Shown: positions 27,764-37,172 of the stretch, one piece after another
Numbering within the stretch: position 1 is the stretch's first letter
Layout: every line of letters starts with the position of its first letter
Source of the DNA: Paludibacteraceae bacterium
GTDB taxonomy: Bacteria > Bacteroidota > Bacteroidia > Bacteroidales > Paludibacteraceae
Length of the DNA stretch: 64,000 nucleotides
Reading direction: 5' to 3'
Assembly: GCA_017443145.1 (NCBI GenBank)
Contig: JAFSPA010000010.1
Coordinates: 2,878 to 66,877, forward strand
Notes under the pieces: model-generated
Database searches by the model: none
The model's input: only the letters and a program-made list of their open reading frames with translations
What the model was told of the DNA's origin: nothing
Translations under genes and position numbers: made by a program

Positions 27764-28815
27764 AAGGCTTTATATTTGACTATGAGTTCATCCACTAACT
27801 TACGCGTTTCGGGATTGCTCAGGTCGCGCAGTTCGCGTGGAATCTTCGGCAGACGAATCTTCGTGCCGACAGGAATATCCGACGGATGTTGGACGGTGTT
27901 TCTATTGGCTTCGTATATGAAGACCCACATATCCGTTTCGTTGTAGTACTTGCGTGCCAAGAGAGCCAAGCGGCTTCCTTCGCTCAGACGCTCGGAACCG
28001 ATAAACTCTTTCCACTCGTATGGATAGGGCAGGTTGCTCTTTGTTTGTGTCGGCTGTGCAGGTTCCACCACTTCGGGTGTATTGTTTTGATCCGTAGCCT
28101 CTGTAGGCTCTGCCACTTGATTCGAATCAACCTGCTCCACTTGTTCGGTTTGGGTGGCTTTGTTGTGCAAGTTCTCTACCCAACTGATGAAACGATTACC
28201 TACGAACAGGAACGCTGCGGCTAATAGGAGTGCGAAGATAAGGACGGTTATACCGACAACGAGCCAGGTACGACCTTTCTTCTCTTTTTTCTCCTCTTTG
28301 GTAGAAGTCATGATAATAGGCTCAGCTACTATGGGTTTGGGTTCTTCCACAACGGGCTGCGGCTCTTCGGCTTTGGGCTCTTCTACTACAGGCTGCGGCT
28401 CTTCGACAACGGGTTCAGCAGGTGTAGCTTTTGGTCCTTGACCTAAGTCGCCGAGGATATCGACTATCTCGTCAGCCTGTGCACCCAGTTTCTGCAGTGG
28501 TGTGTTGTCGTCCTCTATCGGTGACGCTTTGGGATTACCTAACAGTTCTTTGATAGACGACTCGGGAGCGAAGACAAGTTTCTCGTATCCGGGCAAGGTG
28601 AAGGCTTCACCCGTTGCGACGTTAACACTGCGACGCGGTGCTACACTCTGCAGTTTGAATGTGCCCAAGTTGGTTATTCGTACTTGTCGATCTTCGCGCA
28701 GTGCTTTGGTGATAGCAGGAATCAGAGCACTCATGAAAGCTGCTACTTCTTTTTCGTCGGCGTTGATGCGCTCAGCAATCGATTTACGCAATTCGGTCCA
28801 AGATAATTTTTCCAT
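27760..28815 (-). CDS. HU/IHF-like domain - Pro/Glu-rich linker - TM helix - LysM-like domain fusion protein
   Basis: N-terminus ...[26 protein letters not shown] (HU fold). [13 protein letters not shown] repeats. TM helix [24 protein letters not shown]-terminus [39 protein letters not shown] (LysM-like). Confidence 0.7.
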   Translation of the reverse strand: MEKLSWTELRKSIAERINADEKEVAAFMSALIPAITKALREDRQVRITNLGTFKLQSVAPRRSVNVATGEAFTLPGYEKLVFAPESSIKELLGNPKASPIEDDNTPLQKLGAQADEIVDILGDLGQGPKATPAEPVVEEPQPVVEEPKAEEPQPVVEEPKPIVAEPIIMTSTKEEKKEKKGRTWLVVGITVLIFALLLAAAFLFVGNRFISWVENLHNKATQTEQVEQVDSNQVAEPTEATDQNNTPEVVEPAQPTQTKSNLPYPYEWKEFIGSERLSEGSRLALLARKYYNETDMWVFIYEANRNTVQHPSDIPVGTKIRLPKIPRELRDLSNPETRKLVDELIVKYKAL

Positions 28816-28826
28816 AACAGCCTCCT

Positions 28827-29108
28827 TTAATTAATGCCATTTAATAATTCTTTTATTCCTGCAGTAGGTCGCAAAATTAGTTGCTGTTTAGCAGGTACTC
28901 TGGTGCGTTCGCCGGTACGAGGATGTACAATAGTGCGCGCACTTTTTTCTTTCACTTCCAACGAGCCGAGGTTCTGTAATTGTACAGATTTACCTTTCAG
29001 CAAGTTCTCCACCACTACTGTTGTGGTAGCGCTCAACAACTCTTCGGCGCGACGCTTGGTCATACCTGTTTGAGTTGCGATTTCGGCAATTAGATCTTTT
29101 GTTAACAT
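28827..29108 (-). CDS. hup: HU family DNA-binding protein
   Basis: 93 aa. MLTKDLIAEIA...NLGSLEVKEKSARTIVHPRTGERTRVPAK. Confidence 0.9.
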   Translation of the reverse strand: MLTKDLIAEIATQTGMTKRRAEELLSATTTVVVENLLKGKSVQLQNLGSLEVKEKSARTIVHPRTGERTRVPAKQQLILRPTAGIKELLNGIN

Positions 29109-30451
29109 ACTTTTCCGTAGAGGTCAAATTCCTCCGCTTTAGTTATTAATATTGTATAGAATTTTCCAATTTGTAGTTCGTTGTCATTCTCAATCAGCAC
29201 TTCGCAATCCACTTCGGGTGAGTCAAACTCTGTTCGGCCGATATAGATATTGCCTTCTTTTCGGTCGATAACCACTTGCATTTTCTGTCCCACTTTCTGT
29301 GCCATGAGTTCGGCAGATATATCTTGCTGGATAGCCATTAACTCGCTGAGGCGACGTTGCTTGACTTCATCCGGTATGTCATCGGCGTAGTGTCTACTCG
29401 CATAAGTGCCTTCCTCATCGGAGTAAGCGAATGCTCCCAATCGGTCAAACCGCATCTCGCGTACCCATTGTTTGAGTTCTTCAAAGTCCTGCTCCGTTTC
29501 GCCGGGATGTCCCACCATGAGAGTTGTGCGAAGACAAATACCCGGTACTCGCTCGCGAATACGGCGGATGAGTGCATCCTGCTCTTCGCGATTGATATGA
29601 CGACGCATTTTTTGCAGCATATGCGTTGTGCAGTGCTGGAGTGCGATATCCAGGTACTTACACACATTGTCGTGCTTGGCCATCACATCGAGTAACTCGT
29701 CCGGGAAATCGGTCGGGTAGGCGTAGTGGAGTCGTATCCAGCGTATACCGTCGATGTTGGCTAACCGTTCTACCAATTCCGGCAGCTTATGTTCCTTATA
29801 TAGGTCGAGTCCGTAGCTGGACAGGTCTTGGGCAATAACGTTTAGTTCCTGTACGCCTTGGTCACGCAGCCATTCGGCTTCCCGTATCAGTTCTTCCATC
29901 GGGCGGGAGGTATGCCGACCAGTGATGAGTGGAATCGCGCAGTAGGAGCACATACGGTTACAGCCTTCGGAAATCTTGAAGTAAGCATAGTGGCCGGGGG
30001 TCGTTAGCGTCCGCTCAGGACCAGTTGTATTGTCTAGGTATTGTCTAGCATTAACCGGACTTTTCGGGGTCGTGATTTTGGAGGTGAGTTCTTCTAGTTG
30101 GTCAATTATTTTGATGTAGTCAAATTTGCCGAACCAAGCATCGACTTCGGGAATCTCTTCTATTAAATCTTTCCTGTACCGTTCGCTGAGGCAGCCCATG
30201 ACATAGAGTTTGTCTAAACGGTCCTTTTTGGCTTTTTTGCGGAGGGCGTTGACGAGGATGGTGTTGATGCTCTCTTCTTTCGCATCGCCGATAAATCCGC
30301 AGGTGTTAATCACCAAGACGGGCGATGTGGGCACTTCGGGATCGAAATGACACGTCCAGCCGACTGTTTCCAGCCGTTTCATGAGCCGCTCGGTATCCAC
30401 CAGGTTCTTAGAGCAACCCAAACTGATAATATCAATATCGCGTTGTATCAA
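29102..30451 (-). CDS. rimO: Ribosomal protein S12 methylthiotransferase
   Basis: MTTase N-domain LGCSKNLVDTE, radical SAM motif CNRMCSYCAIP, and a C-terminal TRAM domain. Length 449 aa. Confidence 0.8.
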   Translation of the reverse strand: MIQRDIDIISLGCSKNLVDTERLMKRLETVGWTCHFDPEVPTSPVLVINTCGFIGDAKEESINTILVNALRKKAKKDRLDKLYVMGCLSERYRKDLIEEIPEVDAWFGKFDYIKIIDQLEELTSKITTPKSPVNARQYLDNTTGPERTLTTPGHYAYFKISEGCNRMCSYCAIPLITGRHTSRPMEELIREAEWLRDQGVQELNVIAQDLSSYGLDLYKEHKLPELVERLANIDGIRWIRLHYAYPTDFPDELLDVMAKHDNVCKYLDIALQHCTTHMLQKMRRHINREEQDALIRRIRERVPGICLRTTLMVGHPGETEQDFEELKQWVREMRFDRLGAFAYSDEEGTYASRHYADDIPDEVKQRRLSELMAIQQDISAELMAQKVGQKMQVVIDRKEGNIYIGRTEFDSPEVDCEVLIENDNELQIGKFYTILITKAEEFDLYGKVC

Positions 30452-32628
30452 TTGCCTAAATCACTATGGAACTTAATACGCACCAAGCGGACGTGCAATT
30501 CGTCGTAGTCGTCCTCGCCTAAGTTCTGCATAGCTAATTTGATGTTATCGTTCTCGGCGTTGCGGAAGTAGTCGTAGATTTCTTCTTTCTCGTCGGGATC
30601 GACCACTTCGTCGATGAAATAGCCGATGTTAAGTTTCGTTCCGCTATAAACGATTGCTTCGATTTCCTCCAACATCTCTTCCATGGACATGCCGATACTC
30701 TCGGCCAAGTCGTCTAGAGCGACGCGTCTGTCGATGGCTTGGATGATGCTGATTTTACGAGCGGAGTTCTTAGCCACTGTTCTCACGCGCAGGTCTTCGG
30801 GACGGATAATCTCGTTTTCGTCCACATACTCTTTGATAACGCGCAGAAACTCGTCTCCGTAACGTTTGGCTTTACCGGCACCAACACCCGGGATATTCTG
30901 CAGTTCCTCAATGGTGATAGGATAGGAAGTTGCCATAGCTTCCAGACTCGGGTCTTGGAAGATGACGAACGGCGGCACATCCATTTTCTTACTGAGTTTG
31001 CGGCGCACATCTTTGAGGATAGAGAACAGCACGTCGTCCGCAGCGCATCCACCGGCACCGGCTTCAATCATAGTATCTTCGTCTTCGTCCTCGACTTCGA
31101 TAGGCACCTCGAACTTAGTTGGATGTTTGAGGTACTTGCGTCCTTCCGCCGTGAGTTTCAGGTCTCCGTAGGACTCGATATCCTTGGTCAGATAGCCGCT
31201 GAGCATCGCTTGACGGATGATAGCGTGGAGGGTGGATTCCTCTTCGTCCTCTGCAGCGCCGAAATTCTCCAACTCGTTGTGCTTGTAGCTCTGTACGGCA
31301 GCTGTATGCGAACCTTTGAGGATGTCCACAATATGTTCTGCTTTGAACTTCTCGTTGAGTAATTGCACCGTTTCGAGGATGATACCGAGCAGTTCGGCAG
31401 CATCTACCATCTTATAGGTCTTGCGGCAGTTGTCACACATGCCGCAGTTGTCTTGCGTATAGTCTTCGCCGAAGTAGTGGAGTAACAATTTGCGTCGGCA
31501 GATGGTGCTCTCGGCGTAACTCTGAGTCTCGAACAGCAGCTGATTTCCGATCTCCACTTCGGCAACAGGTTTACCTTGCTGGAACTTACGCAGGCGTTCG
31601 ATATCTTTCTGGCTGTAGAAGCAGACACAGTGTCCTTCGCCTCCGTCACGGCCGGCACGTCCGGTCTCTTGGTAGTAGCCTTCCAGGGATTTAGGTATGT
31701 CGTAGTGTACGACGAATCGCACGTCGGGTTTGTCGATACCCATACCGAAGGCAATAGTGGCGACGATGACTTGACATTTCTCCATTAGGAAATCGTCCTG
31801 GTTTTTAGTGCGAGACGGAGCATCCATTCCTGCGTGGTAGGGTAGTGCGTTGATGTTATTGACTTGCAGCGTCTTGGCCAGATCTTCCACTTCCTTGCGC
31901 GCAAGACAATAGACGATACCCGATTTGCCTTCCATCTGGCGGATGAACTTAATGAGTTCGCGGTCCACATCGTCGGTTTTCGGGCGTACTTCGTAGAAAA
32001 GGTTGGGTCGGTTAAAACTGGACTTGAAGATTGTAGCATCCAACATATCCAAGTTCTTTTGGATATCGTGCTGCACTTTGGGAGTTGCGGTAGCAGTAAG
32101 GGCAATAATAGGTGCTTTACCGATACGCTGCACCATCGAGCGTATTTGCCGATACTCCGGACGGAAATCGTGTCCCCATTCGGAGATACAGTGTGCTTCG
32201 TCCACGGCGTAGAAGGATATTTTGACGCCTTGCAGGAAATCTATGTTCTCGTCCTTGTTCAGCGATTCGGGAGCCAGATACAGGAGTTTGGTTTTACCTG
32301 CCAGCACATCTTCTTTCACAGCCGCTATATCCGGTCGGCTAAGGGAAGAGTTGATGAAATGTGCCACTCCGTCTTCTTCCGAGAAGTTACGCATAGCGTC
32401 CACCTGATTCTTCATGAGCGCAATAAGCGGAGAGATGACGATAGCGACTCCTTCCATCAAAAGTGACGGTAACTGGTAGCATAAGCTCTTACCACCGCCG
32501 GTTGGCATCAACACAAACGTGTCTTTACCTTCCATCACGTTGTTGATGATAGCTTCCTGGTTCCCCTTGAAGGAGTCAAACCCAAAATGGTGCTGCAATG
32601 CAGCGATTAAATCTTCATGTCTTGTCAT
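30448..32628 (-). CDS. recQ: ATP-dependent DNA helicase RecQ
   Basis: MPTGGGKSLCYQ, DEAHCISEWGHDFRPEY, a zinc-binding Cys cluster, and a C-terminal HRDC-like region. Confidence 0.92.
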   Translation of the reverse strand: MTRHEDLIAALQHHFGFDSFKGNQEAIINNVMEGKDTFVLMPTGGGKSLCYQLPSLLMEGVAIVISPLIALMKNQVDAMRNFSEEDGVAHFINSSLSRPDIAAVKEDVLAGKTKLLYLAPESLNKDENIDFLQGVKISFYAVDEAHCISEWGHDFRPEYRQIRSMVQRIGKAPIIALTATATPKVQHDIQKNLDMLDATIFKSSFNRPNLFYEVRPKTDDVDRELIKFIRQMEGKSGIVYCLARKEVEDLAKTLQVNNINALPYHAGMDAPSRTKNQDDFLMEKCQVIVATIAFGMGIDKPDVRFVVHYDIPKSLEGYYQETGRAGRDGGEGHCVCFYSQKDIERLRKFQQGKPVAEVEIGNQLLFETQSYAESTICRRKLLLHYFGEDYTQDNCGMCDNCRKTYKMVDAAELLGIILETVQLLNEKFKAEHIVDILKGSHTAAVQSYKHNELENFGAAEDEEESTLHAIIRQAMLSGYLTKDIESYGDLKLTAEGRKYLKHPTKFEVPIEVEDEDEDTMIEAGAGGCAADDVLFSILKDVRRKLSKKMDVPPFVIFQDPSLEAMATSYPITIEELQNIPGVGAGKAKRYGDEFLRVIKEYVDENEIIRPEDLRVRTVAKNSARKISIIQAIDRRVALDDLAESIGMSMEEMLEEIEAIVYSGTKLNIGYFIDEVVDPDEKEEIYDYFRNAENDNIKLAMQNLGEDDYDELHVRLVRIKFHSDLGN

Positions 32629-32678
32629 AATGTCTGAGGCTGAAGCCCACTTTTAACATATTTTCCCAAAAATTAATG

Positions 32679-32709
32679 CAAAGGTAAGAAAAAAAAATGT
32701 AACTGCAAA
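32679..32709 (-). promoter_or_regulatory. Promoter for recQ (TTTG-N19-TACCTTTG on the minus strand)
   Basis: The plus strand reads CAAAGGTA at 32679-32686 and CAAA at 32706-32709. Confidence 0.5.
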
Positions 32710-32747
32710 TTTTTTTACAAAAAAAATGAAAAAAAATCACTTTTCTC

Positions 32748-32778
32748 TTGCATATATTATTTTTTTGTAGTAATTTTG
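32748..32778 (+). promoter_or_regulatory. Promoter for the MFS/Sus-like operon (TTG-N20-TAATTTTG)
   Basis: TTG at 32748-32750. TAatTTTG at 32771-32778, 27 nt before the ATG at 32805. Confidence 0.55.
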
Positions 32779-32804
32779 CGCCGTCAAACTTAAATTTAGT
32801 ATCA

Positions 32805-34145
32805 ATGGATAAGAGGGATTTGTCGTTAGGGCAACTATTTAACCTTAGTTTTGGTTTCTTTGGGGTGCAGATTGCGTATGCACTTCAGTCGGCGAATATT
32901 TCGCGTATTTTTGCGACTCTTGGTGCCGATCCTCACCAACTTTCTTTCTTTTGGATTCTTCCTCCGCTAATGGGTATGATTGTTCAGCCTGTTATCGGTA
33001 TCTTGTCTGACAAGACTTGGTTTGGTAAGTTTTTTGGACGTCGTAAATTCTATCTGTTGATAGGCGCGCTTATCGCTGTAGCGGTGATGATTCTGTTGCC
33101 TAACGCGGGCGATTTCTCATTTGAGCAGCGCGTATGGCTGGGTTTGAACTCGGCGATGTGGTTCGGTTTGATGTCTCTTATGTTCCTGGATACGTCGATT
33201 AATATTGCGATGCAGCCGTTTAAGATGATGGTTGGCGATATGGTCAATGAGAAACAGAAAGGTACGGCCTATGCTATTCAGTCGGCGCTGTGTAACGCCG
33301 GATCGGTGGTAGGTTATCTTTTCCCGATATTCTTCACGTGGATAGGCATCGCTAATACGGCTGATGCGGGCGTAGTGCCTGATTCGGTTAAGTGGTCCTT
33401 CTATGTGGGAGCGGCTATTCTGATTCTCTGTTCGCTCTATACTTTCCTCGTTGTAGAGGAGATGGACCCGAAAGAGTATGCGGAGTTCCACGGACTCAAT
33501 AAAAAGAAAGAAGAAGCCGCCGAAGATGGCGAGGAGAATACCGGTAAGATCGTACGCGCGTTTATCACCGTCGGCCTTGTTCAGTTCTTCTGCTGGGCAG
33601 CGTTTATGTATATGTGGACGTACTCTAACGGCGGTATCGCTGCTAACTGTTTCGGCTGGGACGGTGAGAGTGCTGCGCACGAGGCTTTCCAAGCTGCCGG
33701 AAACTGGGTAGGTGTAGTCTTCTGCGTACAAGCGGTAGGTTCGCTGCTGTGGGCTGCTTTCCTTCCGAAGTTGGAGCATTGGTTTGGCAATAAGGGAGCT
33801 TATGCTATTTCCCTGATTGTAGGTGCGATAGGATTTGCATCTGTGATGTTCGTACACAATCAGTACGTACTGTGGATTAGTTATCTGCTTATCGGTGCTG
33901 CTTGGGCTGCAATGCTCGCTCTGCCGTTTACGATTATCACGAACGCTATCTCGGGCAGCAAGCACATGGGAGCTCTGCTGGGATTGTTCAACTGCACTAT
34001 CTGCATCCCGCAAATCGTTGCAGCACTCTGCGGAGGTCTGCTCCTTAAATACATATGCGCAGGCGCGCAGGTAGGAATGCTGACTGTAGCCGGTGGATTG
34101 CTTGTGTTGGGTGCGTTGTGTGTGGCGCTTATTAAAGAAAAATAA
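32805..34145 (+). CDS. MFS sugar transporter (SLC45/GPH-like, oligosaccharide:H+ symporter type)
   Basis: 12 predicted TM helices. LGQLFNLSFGFFGVQIAYALQSANISRIF...PPLMGMIVQPVIGILSDKT. The start was moved to MDKRD. Confidence 0.75.
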   Translation: MDKRDLSLGQLFNLSFGFFGVQIAYALQSANISRIFATLGADPHQLSFFWILPPLMGMIVQPVIGILSDKTWFGKFFGRRKFYLLIGALIAVAVMILLPNAGDFSFEQRVWLGLNSAMWFGLMSLMFLDTSINIAMQPFKMMVGDMVNEKQKGTAYAIQSALCNAGSVVGYLFPIFFTWIGIANTADAGVVPDSVKWSFYVGAAILILCSLYTFLVVEEMDPKEYAEFHGLNKKKEEAAEDGEENTGKIVRAFITVGLVQFFCWAAFMYMWTYSNGGIAANCFGWDGESAAHEAFQAAGNWVGVVFCVQAVGSLLWAAFLPKLEHWFGNKGAYAISLIVGAIGFASVMFVHNQYVLWISYLLIGAAWAAMLALPFTIITNAISGSKHMGALLGLFNCTICIPQIVAALCGGLLLKYICAGAQVGMLTVAGGLLVLGALCVALIKEK

Positions 34146-34172
34146 CTTAATAATTAACCAAATATTTAACAA

Positions 34173-37151
34173 ATGATGAAACACAAACTTTTATCGCTCG
34201 TTTTGATGACTGTTGCCGTGCTGTTTGCAACTACGGCTCAGGCTCAAATCTCTGGTACGGTTGTTGAGGCATCGACTGGCGAACCGATTATCGGTGCCAG
34301 TATTATCCAAGTAGGTACCACCAATGGTGTGATTACCGACTTTGATGGTAATTTTACCCTCAACGTCCAGGAAGGTGCTGAACTGCAATTCAGCTACATG
34401 GGTTTCCAAGCGCAGACTCTTCCTGCTAAGAATGGCATGAGAGTGCAACTCAAGGAAGACACTTACGAAATCCAGGAGGTGGTAGCTATCGGTTACGGTT
34501 CGCAGAAGAAAAAAGAAGTGACCGGTTCTGTAGCTTCAGTGAAAGCAGAGGACTTCAACGCCGGTGTTAAATCGAGTCCAGTCGGCTTATTGCAAGGTAA
34601 GGTTGCGGGTTTGAACATCGCGAAGACCAGTAGCGACCCGACGCAAGGCGGTTACTCTATCCAGATTCGTGGTTTCTCGACTTTGGATAAAGGTGCCGGA
34701 ACCTCTCCTCTTTACATTGTGGATGGTATTCCTACCGACAACATCGCGAACATTGCTCCTGAAGACATTGCTTCAATGGACGTTTTGAAGGACGGTTCTG
34801 CTGCGGCTATCTACGGTACTCGTGGTACCAACGGTGTCATTCTTATTACCACCAAGCGTGCACAACAAGGTGAAGGTATGGAATGTGGTAAGACAACTGT
34901 AGATTACTCCGGTTATGTTTCCGTATCTGTTCCGCGTAAGAACTTGGGCTTCGCAACTCCGGAAGAGTTCCGTAACCTCGAAGAAATCTCCGGTGGCATG
35001 GTCGCTCCCTCCATCTACGACGACGGTTCCGGTCAAGAGTTCAATACCAATTGGCTTGACCTTACTCTCAGACAGGCTGCTGTGACAACTAACCACAATA
35101 TCGCTATTTCCGGTACGACGAAGAACTTCGGTTATCGTGCTTCGGTTAACTATAAGTATGCGGAAGGTATTGCTAAGAACAACGACCGCCAAGAGGTTAT
35201 CGCTAAGTTCGCTGCTGACCAGAAGGCGCTGCAAGGCTGGCTCAAGTTCCAATACGACTTGTCGTATATTCACTACAAGAACAACTATTTCTGCGGTGAT
35301 ATGAAGCAGGCTGTTATCTTGAATCCGACTTATCCTCTATATAGTGGTAGTTCGACGTCCGGTTATTTCCTGCCCAGCGGTTCGGGCCAATACAACCCGA
35401 TTGCTTCGATGGACCAGAAAGAGAGCTATCAAAGTGGTAACAGCTTCCGTGGATCGATTAAGGCTACGGTGGATATCAAGCCTGTTCCGGGTTTGAAGAT
35501 CAACGCTTTCGCCGCATTGGAAGAGGCTGATAACTACAACTACTACTATTGCTCACAGCTTTACGATACCGACCTCCAGGAGGCAGGTAAAGCAACTCGT
35601 AGTAACAGTCTTAATTTCAACCAGTTATATGAGGCTACGGTGGACTACGCAGGACAATGGGGTGGTCACACGTTGACAGCCGTGCTTGGTTTCTCGTACC
35701 AGCATTTCTACTCTGATGGCACCAGCATGGAAAACAGCGGTTTCCCAACCAATAGCTATAAGTATTTTTCGTTGGGCGATGGTAAGACCGACAAGAGTTT
35801 GATGAACATCAGCTCGGGTAGCGGCTCAAATACCTTGGCATCCGGATTCCTCCGTGTTAACTATAACTACAACGAGAAATACCTTCTCTCGGCTTCTATC
35901 CGTGCTGAGGGTTCGTCTCGTTTCGGTGACAACCACAAGTGGGGATGGTTCCCTGCAGCCAGTGTAGGTTGGCGTATCAAAGGTGAGGATTTCATGCGTG
36001 ACCAAGACTGGTGTAACGATTTGAAGGTCCGCTTCGGTTTCGGTATTACCGGTAACGACCTGAGCAACAACCTGATGTCGAAACAGTTGTTGACCAACGG
36101 TGGTTCGTTCTGGTACAACAACGAGTGGATTACCACCTATACGGTTGACCGTAACGCGAACCCTGAGTTGCGCTGGGAGCGTAAGTTCGAGTACAATCTC
36201 GGTATTGACTTCGCAACATTGGAAAACCGTTTGAACGGTAACTTGGACCTCTACTATCGTGACACCAAAGACCTGCTTTGGGACTACGATGTTCCGACTC
36301 CTCCGTTCCCATATAACAAACTCCTTGCTAACTGCGGTGAGATTACGTCTATGGGTCTTGAGCTTGCTTTGACGGGTGTTCCTGTTAAGACGAAGAACTG
36401 GGAGTGGTCCTCGACTTGGACAATGGCCTTCAACGACAATAAACTGAAGAAACTCACAGGTGACGTGACACTTAATGGTGAGACCTATCCGCTCAACTAC
36501 TCGGAGATGTTGACCGGTGGCGTTGGTGAAAACGGTCTGCAAGGTGTGAACACCCAGAAGATTGTGGAAGGTGAGTCCGTAGGTACATTCTACGGTTATA
36601 AGGTTACCAAGATTGAGAACGGTAAACTCTACTACGAGTGCGATGAGGCCGGTAACCCGATTAAACAGAAAATCGGACGCGCACAGCCTATCATGACTTA
36701 CGGTTGGAACAACACTGTTCGCTGGAAAGACCTGGATATCACGCTCTTCTTCCGCGGTGTTGTAGGTAACGATGTGCTGAACGTTAAACGTTGGGCTTAC
36801 GGTCCTCAATCGTCTCAAGGTTTGAACGTCTTTATGAAAGATGTCTATGGCCTTGCTAACGGTACAGGCGCTTATCGTCACGGTGACTTCTCTGACTACT
36901 ACCTGGAGGATGGTTCGTACCTCAAGTTGGATAACATCACTGTAGGTTACACGTTCCGTTTCCCGGAATCGAAATATGTTCAATCGCTCCGCTTGCATGC
37001 AACAGCTGAAAACGTATTCACCATTAGTGGTTACTCTGGACAAGACCCTGAGGTTAATACCTCTGACGTTTGGAGTCCCGGTATTGATGGCGCTGGTTTC
37101 TATCCCACTGTTTGCAACGTAATGTTCGGTGTTAACTTGACACTCTTCTAA
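34173..37151 (+). CDS. SusC/RagA family TonB-linked outer-membrane transporter
   Basis: Signal peptide, CarbopepD_reg-like ISGTVVEASTGEPIIGASI, EVVAIGYGSQKKKEVTGSV, Plug domain, and a barrel ending in Phe. Confidence 0.92.
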   Translation: MMKHKLLSLVLMTVAVLFATTAQAQISGTVVEASTGEPIIGASIIQVGTTNGVITDFDGNFTLNVQEGAELQFSYMGFQAQTLPAKNGMRVQLKEDTYEIQEVVAIGYGSQKKKEVTGSVASVKAEDFNAGVKSSPVGLLQGKVAGLNIAKTSSDPTQGGYSIQIRGFSTLDKGAGTSPLYIVDGIPTDNIANIAPEDIASMDVLKDGSAAAIYGTRGTNGVILITTKRAQQGEGMECGKTTVDYSGYVSVSVPRKNLGFATPEEFRNLEEISGGMVAPSIYDDGSGQEFNTNWLDLTLRQAAVTTNHNIAISGTTKNFGYRASVNYKYAEGIAKNNDRQEVIAKFAADQKALQGWLKFQYDLSYIHYKNNYFCGDMKQAVILNPTYPLYSGSSTSGYFLPSGSGQYNPIASMDQKESYQSGNSFRGSIKATVDIKPVPGLKINAFAALEEADNYNYYYCSQLYDTDLQEAGKATRSNSLNFNQLYEATVDYAGQWGGHTLTAVLGFSYQHFYSDGTSMENSGFPTNSYKYFSLGDGKTDKSLMNISSGSGSNTLASGFLRVNYNYNEKYLLSASIRAEGSSRFGDNHKWGWFPAASVGWRIKGEDFMRDQDWCNDLKVRFGFGITGNDLSNNLMSKQLLTNGGSFWYNNEWITTYTVDRNANPELRWERKFEYNLGIDFATLENRLNGNLDLYYRDTKDLLWDYDVPTPPFPYNKLLANCGEITSMGLELALTGVPVKTKNWEWSSTWTMAFNDNKLKKLTGDVTLNGETYPLNYSEMLTGGVGENGLQGVNTQKIVEGESVGTFYGYKVTKIENGKLYYECDEAGNPIKQKIGRAQPIMTYGWNNTVRWKDLDITLFFRGVVGNDVLNVKRWAYGPQSSQGLNVFMKDVYGLANGTGAYRHGDFSDYYLEDGSYLKLDNITVGYTFRFPESKYVQSLRLHATAENVFTISGYSGQDPEVNTSDVWSPGIDGAGFYPTVCNVMFGVNLTLF

Positions 37152-37172
37152 TTGTATAACCTTAAAAATAGG

